A DNA stretch of 64,000 nt, taken from Candidatus Latescibacterota bacterium. GTDB taxonomy: Bacteria; Latescibacterota; UBA2968; UBA8231. Every line of letters starts with the position of its first letter. Within the stretch, counting starts at the first letter, position 1. Where the stretch lies: assembly GCA_965203175.1 (NCBI GenBank), contig OZ241867.1:4640001-4704000 (forward strand). The letters run 5' to 3'. The notes beneath the pieces were generated by a model. The model was not told the origin of the DNA. It saw only the letters and a list, made by a program, of their open reading frames with translations, and did no database searches. This document shows positions 1 to 10,025 of this stretch, piece after piece. The position numbers were made by a program, and so were the translations under genes.

Positions 1-149
1 GCGAGTGCCGACATCTTCTATCTTTGTTTAGGCTTGATGCTGTTTTCTTAGCCTCATTAAGTATTTAGTACTCTAGGGCCAGCAATGTATTTATACTGTA
101 GTAGATTACGGAATAGAAATATTTTTGTTTTCTTCTCAGGTTAAGGAGA

Positions 150-533
150 GTGAGTAATATGCGTTCTGGGATATTTACAAAATACAAGAATGCTCCTAAG
201 TCTGAAGAAGCATTGGAGAGATGTAAGCGTTCAGTAGAAGATCATTTTTCTCTTTTAGAGATGAGAGTTCGTGTAATCGGTGCAGAAGATAGCAAAAATT
301 GTGGAGAGGACTTCGTATGCCTATCAAGGGTGATAGAAAGAATGAAAGAGGAAATAGAGGAATTGAATAAATCGAAAGAAACACGCATGCGTCTGTGTAC
401 GGACGCTTATAATAATTACAGAAAATGGTATCGTAGTACTTGGTGGACTGTTTGGAACTTGGTAAGGATTATGTTTGTGGTGTTGCCTCCCTCTCTATAC
501 GCAATAGGGATATACGCAGGATGGTGGAGTTGA
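150..533 (+). CDS. Hypothetical AT-rich protein, coiled-coil plus C-terminal hydrophobic segment ending GIYAGWWS
   Basis: AAGGAG RBS before the GTG; charged helical middle; hydrophobic C-terminus; locally low GC. Confidence 0.7.
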   Translation: MSNMRSGIFTKYKNAPKSEEALERCKRSVEDHFSLLEMRVRVIGAEDSKNCGEDFVCLSRVIERMKEEIEELNKSKETRMRLCTDAYNNYRKWYRSTWWTVWNLVRIMFVVLPPSLYAIGIYAGWWS

Positions 534-540
534 GACAACC

Positions 541-849
541 ATGGCACTCACCGCAGAGTTAGCTAACATAAGAGACCGATATGAAGTAAAGCGGTTATAT
601 ATACGTAGGAATGTGGTTGATAGGATGGGAGCCGCTCTACCTAACCACAAACTTATACGGGAAATATGCAAAGATGCTGAACAACAATTGTGTCGCCTTG
701 CCGATGAGGAGTTCAGAGAACGGCATCGTTGCAGGATACGTTATATACCTTTGCTAAAAAAAATAAAAGAAAATGAACTTGTATCATTCAAATGGTTAGA
801 GGTGTGTGTAGGAGCACCACAATCAGTGTTTTTTATAGGAAAGATGTAA
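541..849 (+). CDS. Hypothetical paralogue of 150..533, truncated by IS481 (original end ...GKMAGWW* at 1898-1914)
   Basis: Removing the IS and one TSD copy restores the in-frame end FFIGKMAGWW-TAG, which matches the upstream ORF's C-terminus. Confidence 0.7.
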   Translation: MALTAELANIRDRYEVKRLYIRRNVVDRMGAALPNHKLIREICKDAEQQLCRLADEEFRERHRCRIRYIPLLKKIKENELVSFKWLEVCVGAPQSVFFIGKM

Positions 850-1892
850 AATAAGCTCGATTTCGCCTGACAGTTTTGACATTTTTATTTTACCATCAGG
901 AAGGAGTTGAGCATGACCCAAGAAGAGCGAGATATACGCCGTAAAATCAAGGTCTTAGAGCATGCCTGCTCAAGTGGCAATGTGTCCAAGACCTGCCGTT
1001 ACTTCGGGATCTCCAGAGAGACCTACTACTGCTGGCGAAGGCGCTACCAGCAGTACGGAGAAAAGGGCTAGTCAATCGGCGGCCAGGCCCTCGGAACCCG
1101 CCTTGGCGTACGGCCCCGGAGATCGAGAAAAAAGTCCTTCACCTGCGACGTACTTATCACTTCGGAGCTCAGCGCATTGCTTGGTTCCTACAACGGTATC
1201 ACGGGGTGGAAATCTCCGAAGGAGGTGTGCGCGGCACCCTCACTCGGCATGGACTCCAAAGGCTGCCGAGTAGCGTCAACAAACGCACGATCATGGCCAA
1301 ACAGGTCGTGAAGCGGTATCAAAAGCAAGTACCGGGGCACCACGTGCAGATCGACGTCAAGTTTCTCTCCTTCCCTGGCTCAATTAAGCGATACCAATAC
1401 ACCGCCGTCGATGACGCTACGCGCGTTCGAGCCTTAAAGATCTACCGGCGTCACACCCAGGCGAACGCGATCAAGTTTGTCGATTACATCCGGTCCCAGT
1501 TCCCGTTCCGGATTCGCATGATCCGCACCGACAACGGCCACGAATTTCAGGCCCAGTTCCATTGGCACCTGAAGGATCTGGGCATCGACCACGTATATAT
1601 CAAGCCGTACTCACCGCGGCTCAACGGCAAGGTGGAACGTTCCCATCGTACCGACGAGACCGAATTCTACCAACTGCTCGAATATAAGGGCGATGTCGAC
1701 CTCGAGACGCGTCTTTCCGAGTGGCATCAGTATTACAACCTGCACCGGCCTCACACCGCCCACGAGGGAAGAACGCCTTTTGAAGTCCTACATGAGAAAC
1801 TCAAAGGCCAAAATCATGGACCTTGAAGTGAGGTCAAACAACGACCTGAAATACCCACGTAATCTTTGTCAGGCGATCCTCGAATTGTTACA
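845..1892 (+). mobile_element. IS481-family insertion sequence
   Basis: TGT...ACA ends; imperfect TIRs TGTAAAATAAGCTCGATTTCGCCTGACA and revcomp TGTAACAATTCGAGGATCGCCTGACA; 5-bp direct repeat AAAGA at 840-844 and 1893-1897. Confidence 0.9.
913..1826 (+). pseudogene. IS481 transposase (HTH + rve DDE), split by a -1 frameshift near 1062-1071
   Basis: AAGGAG + ATG 913 gives MTQEERDIRRKIKVLEH...CRYFGISRETYY...GEKG then TAG at 1069; the -1 frame continues LVNRRPGPRN... into QIDVKF / TDNGHEF / NGKVERSH DDE motifs. Confidence 0.85.
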
Positions 1893-1927
1893 AAAGATGG
1901 CAGGCTGGTGGTAGTTCTACCTCTCTG

Positions 1928-1946
1928 AGAGGGTGACGGTCACCTC
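1928..1946. terminator. Hairpin between convergent genes
   Basis: GAGGGTGAC-G-GTCACCTC imperfect inverted repeat. Confidence 0.35.
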
Positions 1947-1953
1947 CCAGCCG

Positions 1954-2505
1954 TTAGAATACTTCCGCAAGCGGCATCTTCCACCCAGGTACCACATCGC
2001 CGCCGTCGAGCATGTCTCCTTCGGCGAGAATACAAATATTGTCGGGAGCGCGGTACACCGTTGCGGTGCGTTGGTGGGGGTCAATCACAACGACCATCTG
2101 CGTACCCGCCCGCAGCCAGTCGGACACTTTTTCTTCTATCTCGCTGTAGCGATCATTTGGCGAAATGACTTCAACAGCGAGGTCGGGTGCGCCAGGGAAA
2201 AAACCTCGTTCTTCTGCGGTAGCCTCAGCGCATTCCCGCGATACAAAGCTGACGTCGGGCGCACGGACCGTATCGGGCGCAGTGTCGATGATGAAGCCGG
2301 TCTCGGCTGCATAGGTTTCGCCCAAGCCATTGTTTGCAACAAATGCTTCTAGACAGCTACCGATTTTTGCAGCAATGCGTCCATGCTGTCGGCCGGCAGG
2401 TGCCATCTGGCGCAATTCTCCTTGTACGAGTTCGCAGCGATAGCCATTGTGCGGCATCGCCAACAGCTCATCGGCAGTCATCTGGGCAACCGTTTGTGCG
2501 GCCAT
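1954..2505 (-). CDS. Uma2 family PD-(D/E)XK endonuclease
   Basis: ELVQGEL, RAPDVSFV, APDLAVEVISP motifs. Confidence 0.92.
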   Translation of the reverse strand: MAAQTVAQMTADELLAMPHNGYRCELVQGELRQMAPAGRQHGRIAAKIGSCLEAFVANNGLGETYAAETGFIIDTAPDTVRAPDVSFVSRECAEATAEERGFFPGAPDLAVEVISPNDRYSEIEEKVSDWLRAGTQMVVVIDPHQRTATVYRAPDNICILAEGDMLDGGDVVPGWKMPLAEVF

Positions 2506-2536
2506 AATAGAAGCTTTGCTATCGGAGTTAGATTTG

Positions 2537-2565
2537 ATACTAGCCTAACGCCCAACCCAAGTCAA
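2537..2565 (-). promoter_or_regulatory. Sigma70-like promoter for Uma2
   Basis: TTGACT-N17-TAGTAT on the minus strand. Confidence 0.5.
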
Positions 2566-2646
2566 CCTTTTTCGTTAGCGAAGCATCAGTCCCCTCAGTA
2601 CTCGCTTCGTGGAAAAGCTGCCCTAAAGCGGGTAATAAAATCCGCG

Positions 2647-3873
2647 CTACCCTCTTGGAATCCGCCAGTAGGTCAGAGCCCGCCAACTCCATTCCAACGG
2701 GCCGTAGCGGAAACGCCTCAGCAACAGCGGAGACCACCAGAGCAGGATGCCCCACACGGCAATGACAAGGATGACCTGTTGCCAACGGTCAACGCTCCCG
2801 AATAACCCAAATCCATGCCCAAAAAAAATAGTCGTGCAGATCAGCGTTTGCGCGATGTAATTGGTAAACGCCATCTGACCCGCAGCGGCCAAGCGCATCT
2901 GTAACGCAGAAAACCATCCGCGTCGAACCGCCAGCATAGTGAGGCCGACGTATCCAAATGCCATAGCAAGACTACCCCAATAGTTGAATTGCGAACCCAG
3001 AAACATCGAGCGATCCCAGCTCCATCCGACCGCAAAATTCCACCATGCACCCACAGTAACGACCGGCACGCCAACACCGAACCCAATGAGCGCGAGATAG
3101 CGATAGAATACATCGCTGCGGACCGCACTCAGGATGTGCAAGCGGTAGCAGGCCATGCCCATTAGCATGATGCCCGCAGATTGCCAGAGAAGTCTGATTG
3201 GCAGGGCCGTCGTATGCATTCCCAGCGTATCGGTGCTTCGCTGCGCCTGCTGTGTGAACCATCCGCCGCGGTAAGCGAGCAATTCCGCATCAATTTGGGC
3301 CGCGTCCGGTGCCCACACCGCTACGATTTCCGCCACGTCTTTATCGGGGATAAACTCTGTTGTCATGCCTATAGCGGTGTAGAGAACACTCGCCACTGAA
3401 AAGACAGCGAGGCCGATGACCACCAGCGTGCGTGGCGAGCGGTTCCGCAAAAAAAAGATGACCAAGCCGCAAAGCGCATACGTGACCAATATATCGCCCG
3501 ACCACAGGAAATAGGCATGTACAAGTCCGAAGAGGAGCAGCCAGAACATGCGCCGGTAGTGCAAGCCGGCGGAGCGACCACTGCGAGCTTCTACGCGATC
3601 CGCAAACAGGCAGATGCCCGCGCCAAAAAGAAGCGAGAACATCGACAAAAATTTCTGGTCAACAAACAGGTAGCTAACCAACCAGGTAAAAAAGTTGATA
3701 CCGCTGAGATCGCCGTATGCCGTGGGGTTAAAGTACGCGGCTGTAGGCATTGCAAACGCCTGGATGTTCATGACCAGTATACCAAGCACGGCGAAGCCGC
3801 GTAGCACATCCAAGCTCTCGATGCGATCCGATGCCTCAACTGGACTGTTTAGAGCGCATTCCCCGCCTCTCAT
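2647..3873 (-). CDS. DUF418 (YeiB-like) membrane protein
   Basis: RIESLDVLRGFAVLGIL, GQMAFTNYIAQT, YGPLEW motifs; multiple TM segments. Confidence 0.9.
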   Translation of the reverse strand: MRGGECALNSPVEASDRIESLDVLRGFAVLGILVMNIQAFAMPTAAYFNPTAYGDLSGINFFTWLVSYLFVDQKFLSMFSLLFGAGICLFADRVEARSGRSAGLHYRRMFWLLLFGLVHAYFLWSGDILVTYALCGLVIFFLRNRSPRTLVVIGLAVFSVASVLYTAIGMTTEFIPDKDVAEIVAVWAPDAAQIDAELLAYRGGWFTQQAQRSTDTLGMHTTALPIRLLWQSAGIMLMGMACYRLHILSAVRSDVFYRYLALIGFGVGVPVVTVGAWWNFAVGWSWDRSMFLGSQFNYWGSLAMAFGYVGLTMLAVRRGWFSALQMRLAAAGQMAFTNYIAQTLICTTIFFGHGFGLFGSVDRWQQVILVIAVWGILLWWSPLLLRRFRYGPLEWSWRALTYWRIPRG

Positions 3874-5057
3874 ATAATCCCCTCAGCCCGCAACGCCTCG
3901 ATCTCCTCTTCCGTCAGTCCCAAGACACCGCTTAAGACCTCCTCGGTGTGCTGCCCCAACAAGGGCGCTGGCCCGCGCAACTCGACCGGCGTCGCGGAAA
4001 AACGCAGCGGCGAGTTGGGCACTGTCTGCCGACCCGCGACCGGATGCTCCAGTTCGACGATCATATTCCGCGCGGCCACCTGCTCGTCGCCAAAAACCTG
4101 CCCTACATTGCACAACGGCCCACTCGGCACTCCGGCCTCAGCTAGTATAGAGCACCATTCATCAACGGTTTTCTCGGATAGCACCTTTTCCAACACCGGC
4201 TCCAATGCCGCGTGATTCTCGGTGCGGAGCGCATTACTGGCAAAGCGCGGATCGTCGGCCAACGCGCCAAGGCCCAAGGCGTCACAGAGCTGACGCCAGA
4301 GCCTATCATTGCCTGCGGCAATGACGATGTGCCCATCGCGGGCAGCGAAGAACTGGAAAGGAGTAATGGCCGGATGCCGCGACCCGAGCGGCCGAGGCAC
4401 TTCGCCGGATACGGCATAGCGGGCGAGGGCGTTTTCCAACAGCGCCACCTGACAGTCGAGCATGGAAATATCGACTTGCTGTCCCTCGCCAGTGCGCCGT
4501 GCCCGCTCCAAGGCCGCGAGGATGCCAATCGCCCCAAAGAGCGCCGCGCTCAAGTCGGCAATCGACGAGCCAACCCGCACCGGCGGCCCATCGGGCTGCC
4601 CGGTGATGCTGGCCAGCCCTCCCATCGCCTGAATGAGTACGTCGTACGCGGGCCGCTGCGCGTACGGGCCAGTCTGGCCAAAACCCGAAATCGACGCGTA
4701 CACCAAGCGCGGATACAGCGAGTGTAGGTCCGCGTATCCCAATCCAAAGCGATCCATGCTACCGGGACGAAAGTTCTCAATCAACACGTCGCACTCGCCA
4801 ACCAAACGCCGCGCCAAATCTTGGCCCTGCGCCTGCCGCAAGTCGATCGTCGCGCTCTTTTTGCCTCGGTTGACGCTGGCAAAGTACGCGCTCTCGCCGT
4901 TTTGAAACGGCCCGAATCCCCGTGCCTCATCGCCCGTGCCCGGCAGTTCGACCTTGATCACTTCCGCGCCCAAGTCGGCCAACACCATGGACGCATACGG
5001 CCCGGCCAACACCCGCGTCAAGTCGAGCACCCGCACGCCGTCCAATAAATGTTCCAT
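3870..5057 (-). CDS. CoA-transferase family III (CaiB/BaiF)
   Basis: VLDLTRVLAGPY, ENFRPG, SGFGQTGP motifs. Confidence 0.93.
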   Translation of the reverse strand: MEHLLDGVRVLDLTRVLAGPYASMVLADLGAEVIKVELPGTGDEARGFGPFQNGESAYFASVNRGKKSATIDLRQAQGQDLARRLVGECDVLIENFRPGSMDRFGLGYADLHSLYPRLVYASISGFGQTGPYAQRPAYDVLIQAMGGLASITGQPDGPPVRVGSSIADLSAALFGAIGILAALERARRTGEGQQVDISMLDCQVALLENALARYAVSGEVPRPLGSRHPAITPFQFFAARDGHIVIAAGNDRLWRQLCDALGLGALADDPRFASNALRTENHAALEPVLEKVLSEKTVDEWCSILAEAGVPSGPLCNVGQVFGDEQVAARNMIVELEHPVAGRQTVPNSPLRFSATPVELRGPAPLLGQHTEEVLSGVLGLTEEEIEALRAEGII

Positions 5058-5058
5058 T

Positions 5059-6765
5059 TCAATCTCCTCGGGGCGCGGCGAGCAAACCGGCTCCTTCGCC
5101 GGGCACGGCCATCGCTAGCTCCGGCTCATGGCCCAGCTCCGTTCGCAACATCTCTGCAAACGCGGCACGGCGTTCCCCATCGACGAACGTACGGTGGACT
5201 AACCCACCGATGTTGCCGCCCCAACCAGCGCCCAGCCGCTGCACGGCCCCCGCCGTTGGTCCTTCGGCAGTGAGAAACCGATTGACCACCCGCACAGTCC
5301 GATCATAGGCCGGCGTCATCCGCCCGTAGCCCCCCGGCAAAAAGCGCAGTTGCGCTCGCTCCTCCCCGCGCTCGGCTCGCTCTACAAGCTGAGCCAAAAC
5401 TTCGTCTTCGACTTCTCGGTCCAGATCGCCGTCGTGCGAAATGCGGATCAATTCCAAGGCCGTGGCCATATCGCCCGCATCGAGGTATGAGAGCATACCA
5501 GCCACCCGGTCCTGCTCGGCCAAGCCATAGATGCAGCGCCGGCGAATAAACAACGGCGTGTCCTCGGACAGGAGTTGGAACTTGCCGGCGACCTCCCGCT
5601 GGCACATGGCGTCGAAATGCTCCCCGACTCCGGCTGCTTGCGCTTCGGCAGCTAACTCTGCCAAGCTGGTCTGCCGAGGCAACTGGCCCAAGACCCGGTA
5701 CAGCTCCGCAAGCGACAACCCGAGTGGCTCTGTCGCAATATCCCGGATATAACGGATGCGTTCGCACACGTCGCTGCTTTTACCTAGCTGCGGCAAAATC
5801 AACTCGCGGGCAATAAACGCGCCAAGCGGATAGGCTATGACCGTCTCTTCCTTGACGGCCTCGTCGTATTCGCGCTCGACGCCGCTGTCGAGTACTAAAG
5901 CTGCATACTCGTCGGGCAACGCAGCCTCTCCTTGCACGCGGGCCGGAAAGACGCCGACGCCGACCAGCTTGCCCGCCCGGCCCAAGATCATTCCTCCGTG
6001 GTCAGCTGTGCCGCCGCGAGTGCCGCGCATCCACTCCGAGGTGCCCAGCCCATCGACCAAGTCCGCTTCGGGCATATCGCACCGCGGGTCCAATCCGTGA
6101 ACCCCCATCGTCACCAGTGCCGTCGCCACCACCAGCGCCGAAGACGAGCTCATGCCTCCGCTGGGCGAGACACTGCTCCACACCAGCCCATCGAAACCGC
6201 CCAAGTCCAAGCGATCGCGGAAATAACTCTCCAAGTACACGAGCTGCCCCTCCACCAGCACCGACCAATCGCGGGCCAAGGCGCTACCCGTGTGCTCTAG
6301 GCGCTGGCGGCACACTTGACCTGCGTAGTCCATCAGCGCCTGCCGCTCGGCTACGCGGGTCTTCGGCAGAATAGTCTCCAAGTCTATTTCAATGGGCTTG
6401 AAGCGATCGGCGGGCGCACCTGGGCTGCGCAGGAAACTGGCGAGCCGCACCCGCCGGCTGGAGGCCGCCCGCGCCACGACCAACGTATCCGCGCCGCGCA
6501 CCCCCATCCGCACCGAGGGCATGCCTCCGTAGTCAATGTGCATACCCATGACGTTCATCTGTCCAGGACAGCGCGCCACGACCACGCAGCCCCCACTGCC
6601 GTAACGAGCGGCAAAATGCCGCAGGGCCTCCAAGTAATTGGCCCGCCAAGCCGTCACCTGCTCCCGCCCGTAGATCCGCTCGAACTCGCAGTCGAAGCGG
6701 CCCCGCTCAATGGCGTCCTGCCACTGGACTATACTAGCTGTATAGGGATTGTTAGAGCGCACCAT
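5059..6765 (-). CDS. GHMP-family (galactokinase-like) kinase
   Basis: PGQMNVMGMHIDYGG, PSGGMSSSSA and GAGWGG motifs. Confidence 0.8.
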   Translation of the reverse strand: MVRSNNPYTASIVQWQDAIERGRFDCEFERIYGREQVTAWRANYLEALRHFAARYGSGGCVVVARCPGQMNVMGMHIDYGGMPSVRMGVRGADTLVVARAASSRRVRLASFLRSPGAPADRFKPIEIDLETILPKTRVAERQALMDYAGQVCRQRLEHTGSALARDWSVLVEGQLVYLESYFRDRLDLGGFDGLVWSSVSPSGGMSSSSALVVATALVTMGVHGLDPRCDMPEADLVDGLGTSEWMRGTRGGTADHGGMILGRAGKLVGVGVFPARVQGEAALPDEYAALVLDSGVEREYDEAVKEETVIAYPLGAFIARELILPQLGKSSDVCERIRYIRDIATEPLGLSLAELYRVLGQLPRQTSLAELAAEAQAAGVGEHFDAMCQREVAGKFQLLSEDTPLFIRRRCIYGLAEQDRVAGMLSYLDAGDMATALELIRISHDGDLDREVEDEVLAQLVERAERGEERAQLRFLPGGYGRMTPAYDRTVRVVNRFLTAEGPTAGAVQRLGAGWGGNIGGLVHRTFVDGERRAAFAEMLRTELGHEPELAMAVPGEGAGLLAAPRGD

Positions 6766-9004
6766 CCACGCTCAGGGAGATGCGGCGCAAGGGACGTATC
6801 TGGCGCTCGATCGTCGCGTAGTAATACTGCAGCGCGTTGTCCACTCGCAGGTTGATCTGCAGGGGCCCTAGCTTGTGGCTCAACTGCACATCGAGCAAGT
6901 AAATGGGTACATAGTCGCGCCCGCATTCGGCAAAGAGGCCGGATACCCTTTCAAAACGGCTGAGGTATTGGAAGTTTACTCGCCCGCTCGTGGGGCCACG
7001 CTTCCCTTGAAGGCCCAGATTGAGGACGTGGCGCGACCGGTAAGGCAGCGGCGCTTGATCGCCGTAATCGCCGTGACAATAAGGCGGCAGCACTTGGTCC
7101 GCATCGAGAAACTCCACGCCATCGATCAAGGTATAAGCCGCCCTAGCTCCTAGGCCCAGTGGCAAGGCAACTAGGAGCTCGCTTTCAAACCCGCCGACCC
7201 GCGCCTGCGCCAAGTTCATAAAGCGGGCTATGGGCACGGTTCCTCCAGCATAGGGGTCTGGACGCGCCTCAATGAGTCCTCGGTATTCGTTCCAAAACAG
7301 CGCCATATCCAAGGCCAACCACCTCGCCAGCTCCTGTTTGACCCCCACCTCGCTAGACCAAGCCCGCTCGGGATCTAGGGCGGGATTGGGACAGACGCGA
7401 ATACCAGAGGCCTCGGCCTGGGAAAAGACTTCAATCACCGCAGGCACGCGAAAGCCCCGACCGAGCGAAGCCCGCAGCGCGGTCGTCTCCGACAGTCGGT
7501 AGGAAAAGCCGGTCTGGGGACTGAATTCCCCGGTGCTTTTACTCGCGACCGACGGTACCCCGCACGGCCCTTCTGCCAACCCAGAGGCCTCGGAGAGCCG
7601 ACTCCAGTCGTAGCGCAACCCAACCGTCCACTCGGCCAGCGGACTAATTTCGTACACGCCTTGGGCGTAGCCGGAGACGGTCATCAGGGAACGCGTACCG
7701 AGAAAATCGCTGGGCGAGCGCACCAGATCAGCTATTGAGGCCAGCCCCAGCGTCCAATTCCAACCGCCCAATCCCGTGTAGTCGAACTGACCTTCGCCCG
7801 AAATTTTGTGGCCAGCCGAGGCCAAGCCCCCAGCCGCTGCGTTGTTGGTAAAATCCGTGCGGTAATACCCCAGCTTGAGCCGGTAGCCCAAATCACTGTG
7901 TACCAATCGGTAATACTCAGAATTGAGGTGCAACTTCCACGAGATAGTATGGGCCGATGCGTCGTTTTCGGGCACGGCTAGCGGATGACTGCGGTCGCGC
8001 CACTGGATGAAAACCCCGTGGTCGTCCAGAGCCCAGTTGCCCATCACGCGCCAATAGCTCGTCGGCGAAAAGCGATGCACGGCCTTGGCGTAGAGGTGGT
8101 AGCGGCGATTATCGCCGTTTTGGTGGTACCCCGTGCCCCGGTTGTGGCCCCCGCTCAGCGCCAAGCCGGTCCGACCCAAAACTCGATTGTGACTCAAGTC
8201 AAACCCGACAAAGTGCATCGGCGACTCGCGCCAACGCCACTGGCTATACGCCGGCTGGCTATACAGCCCGCTGAGCAGCCGAAAGCGGGTGCCCGGATCG
8301 CGCGCCGGATCGCGGGTAAGCACGTTGATTACCCCGCCCAAAGCCCCCGTGCCGTACAGGGCCGAGCCAGCTCCTTTGACCACCTCTACGCGCTCGACTT
8401 GCTGCAGGGGTATGGCATCCCACTTGATGTCGCCCACATCCGACGACAGCATTGGAAATCCATCCACCAGCATCAGCAGCCGACTGCCCGTGCCGCGACT
8501 GTAGCCGCTCGATCCGCGGACGACGGGCTGGTTACCTACTTGGCTGATGCCCGAGACATAGCGCAGGGGGCCTGTCAGCGAGAAGGCATTGTGATCGCCG
8601 ATGCGCTCGGCATCGGCGACTGAGATGCTAATGGGAGCTTGGGCAAAGGTCTGAGAGCGGCGGGCAGCGGAGACGATTAGTTCGGGAACTTCGACAGCCG
8701 TAGGTTCGAGGGCGACAACGCGCTCCTCCTCCCCGGGCGCAACGCCGCGCAGGGTGTGCGAGCGATAGCCAATATGCGAACAAAGCAGATCGTATTGGCC
8801 GGGCGGCAAGCCTTCGATTTGGCAGTAGCCCTCTTCGTTGGCGTATCCCCCAAATTCCGTCCCCAGCACTGCCAACGTCGCTCCGGACAGCGGGGTTTGG
8901 TCGCTGGCATCGAGGACGCGGACGACGATATCAGCGGCCGAACTCGGCCAAGAGTTCAGCAGGCAAAACGCGCTCGCACAGAGCAGTACTAAGCTCGGTC
9001 TCAT
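6752..9004 (-). CDS. TonB-dependent receptor with N-terminal carboxypeptidase-like domain
   Basis: Signal peptide; plug motif ERVEVVKGAGSALYGTGALGGVIN; NPALDPE; beta-barrel pattern. Confidence 0.9.
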   Translation of the reverse strand: MRPSLVLLCASAFCLLNSWPSSAADIVVRVLDASDQTPLSGATLAVLGTEFGGYANEEGYCQIEGLPPGQYDLLCSHIGYRSHTLRGVAPGEEERVVALEPTAVEVPELIVSAARRSQTFAQAPISISVADAERIGDHNAFSLTGPLRYVSGISQVGNQPVVRGSSGYSRGTGSRLLMLVDGFPMLSSDVGDIKWDAIPLQQVERVEVVKGAGSALYGTGALGGVINVLTRDPARDPGTRFRLLSGLYSQPAYSQWRWRESPMHFVGFDLSHNRVLGRTGLALSGGHNRGTGYHQNGDNRRYHLYAKAVHRFSPTSYWRVMGNWALDDHGVFIQWRDRSHPLAVPENDASAHTISWKLHLNSEYYRLVHSDLGYRLKLGYYRTDFTNNAAAGGLASAGHKISGEGQFDYTGLGGWNWTLGLASIADLVRSPSDFLGTRSLMTVSGYAQGVYEISPLAEWTVGLRYDWSRLSEASGLAEGPCGVPSVASKSTGEFSPQTGFSYRLSETTALRASLGRGFRVPAVIEVFSQAEASGIRVCPNPALDPERAWSSEVGVKQELARWLALDMALFWNEYRGLIEARPDPYAGGTVPIARFMNLAQARVGGFESELLVALPLGLGARAAYTLIDGVEFLDADQVLPPYCHGDYGDQAPLPYRSRHVLNLGLQGKRGPTSGRVNFQYLSRFERVSGLFAECGRDYVPIYLLDVQLSHKLGPLQINLRVDNALQYYYATIERQIRPLRRISLSVDGAL

Positions 9005-9443
9005 GGTCCAACACAGCGAAATTGATCTCAATGTCGATACCGGTAGCGACCTCTCCGGGGCCGACTTCTACCGGCGAAGGGAGGTCGGCGTCGGGTAGGT
9101 GATAGCAGCCCAAAAGCGAGGTAAAGTCCCAGAATAGGTCCTCCTGGCGCCAAGCCACGATAATCCACTGATAGACGCCTTCCCCGTCTAAGGGAACGAA
9201 ATAGTCATAGGACTCGACTCCGAGCGCGACCTCGGTGTCCCAGCCGTTGATGCGAAAAAAATCGGCAAGCGAAGCCGGCGGTTCGCGATAGACGGCCACG
9301 GCCACCTGCCCCACGTTCGCGGGCCACTCGCCGACAAAGTGCAGCCGACCGGCGATTCCGGTCTGCCCAGTGGCCTCGGCATCGAGACCGCGGTCGCAGC
9401 CCCAGCACAAGGCCAGAGCTGCGACCAAAAACCAAAATGGCAC
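8931..9443 (-). CDS. Putative lipoprotein
   Basis: Signal ending CWGC; operonic position; overlaps the TBDR start by 74 bp. Confidence 0.65.
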   Translation of the reverse strand: MPFWFLVAALALCWGCDRGLDAEATGQTGIAGRLHFVGEWPANVGQVAVAVYREPPASLADFFRINGWDTEVALGVESYDYFVPLDGEGVYQWIIVAWRQEDLFWDFTSLLGCYHLPDADLPSPVEVGPGEVATGIDIEINFAVLDHETELSTALCERVLPAELLAEFGR

Positions 9444-9449
9444 GGCCTA

Positions 9450-9953
9450 CTAGCCAGCAGCAGCGGCAGCAGCAGCCGAGAGTTCGGCAACATCAAATTC
9501 TGCGCCGTCAATGGTTATCGTTCCGGTAGCAGATAACTCGGTACCTTCGACTGCAATCGCCATATCGAGCACTAGTTCGGCGTCATGTGATCCAGAAAGG
9601 GTAACTGTCCCGGTCAGCGGAATGGGCGTCTCAGTCACCCCGACGTTCAAGATGCCGTTGATTATCAACGCACCGTCGGGCGAGAAATCCTGCAGCGTCC
9701 ATTCGTTGCCCGCGATTTCCACCGAGCCACCGCCCTCTCCCTCCACTGACGTCCCACCGACCGCCACGGCGAAGAAGACATTCGTAAAACTGGTGACCAG
9801 CGTACCGTATAGGCCGACGATTTCGGGCGTTAGCTCAGCCACCGCTGGCTCGGGCTCCACTGGTGCGGCTTCGTCGTCGTCGCCACCACAGGCGGCCAGC
9901 ACCAGAACGCCGCACAGGACCAAGGCCGTGGTTTTATCCAGCCATTTGCGCAT
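9450..9953 (-). CDS. Putative acidic lipoprotein
   Basis: Lipobox LAAC followed by GGDDDE; AGGAGG RBS. Confidence 0.75.
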   Translation of the reverse strand: MRKWLDKTTALVLCGVLVLAACGGDDDEAAPVEPEPAVAELTPEIVGLYGTLVTSFTNVFFAVAVGGTSVEGEGGGSVEIAGNEWTLQDFSPDGALIINGILNVGVTETPIPLTGTVTLSGSHDAELVLDMAIAVEGTELSATGTITIDGAEFDVAELSAAAAAAAG

Positions 9954-10025
9954 GATACTATCCTCCTAAAGGGATTAAGTGCGCCAAGCGCCTGCGACGC
10001 ACAGGATGGTAAATAGTTGCCTCGC

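Noticed and set aside
9453-9476. GCA-rich triplet run
   Set aside because: Poly-Ala tail of the lipoprotein
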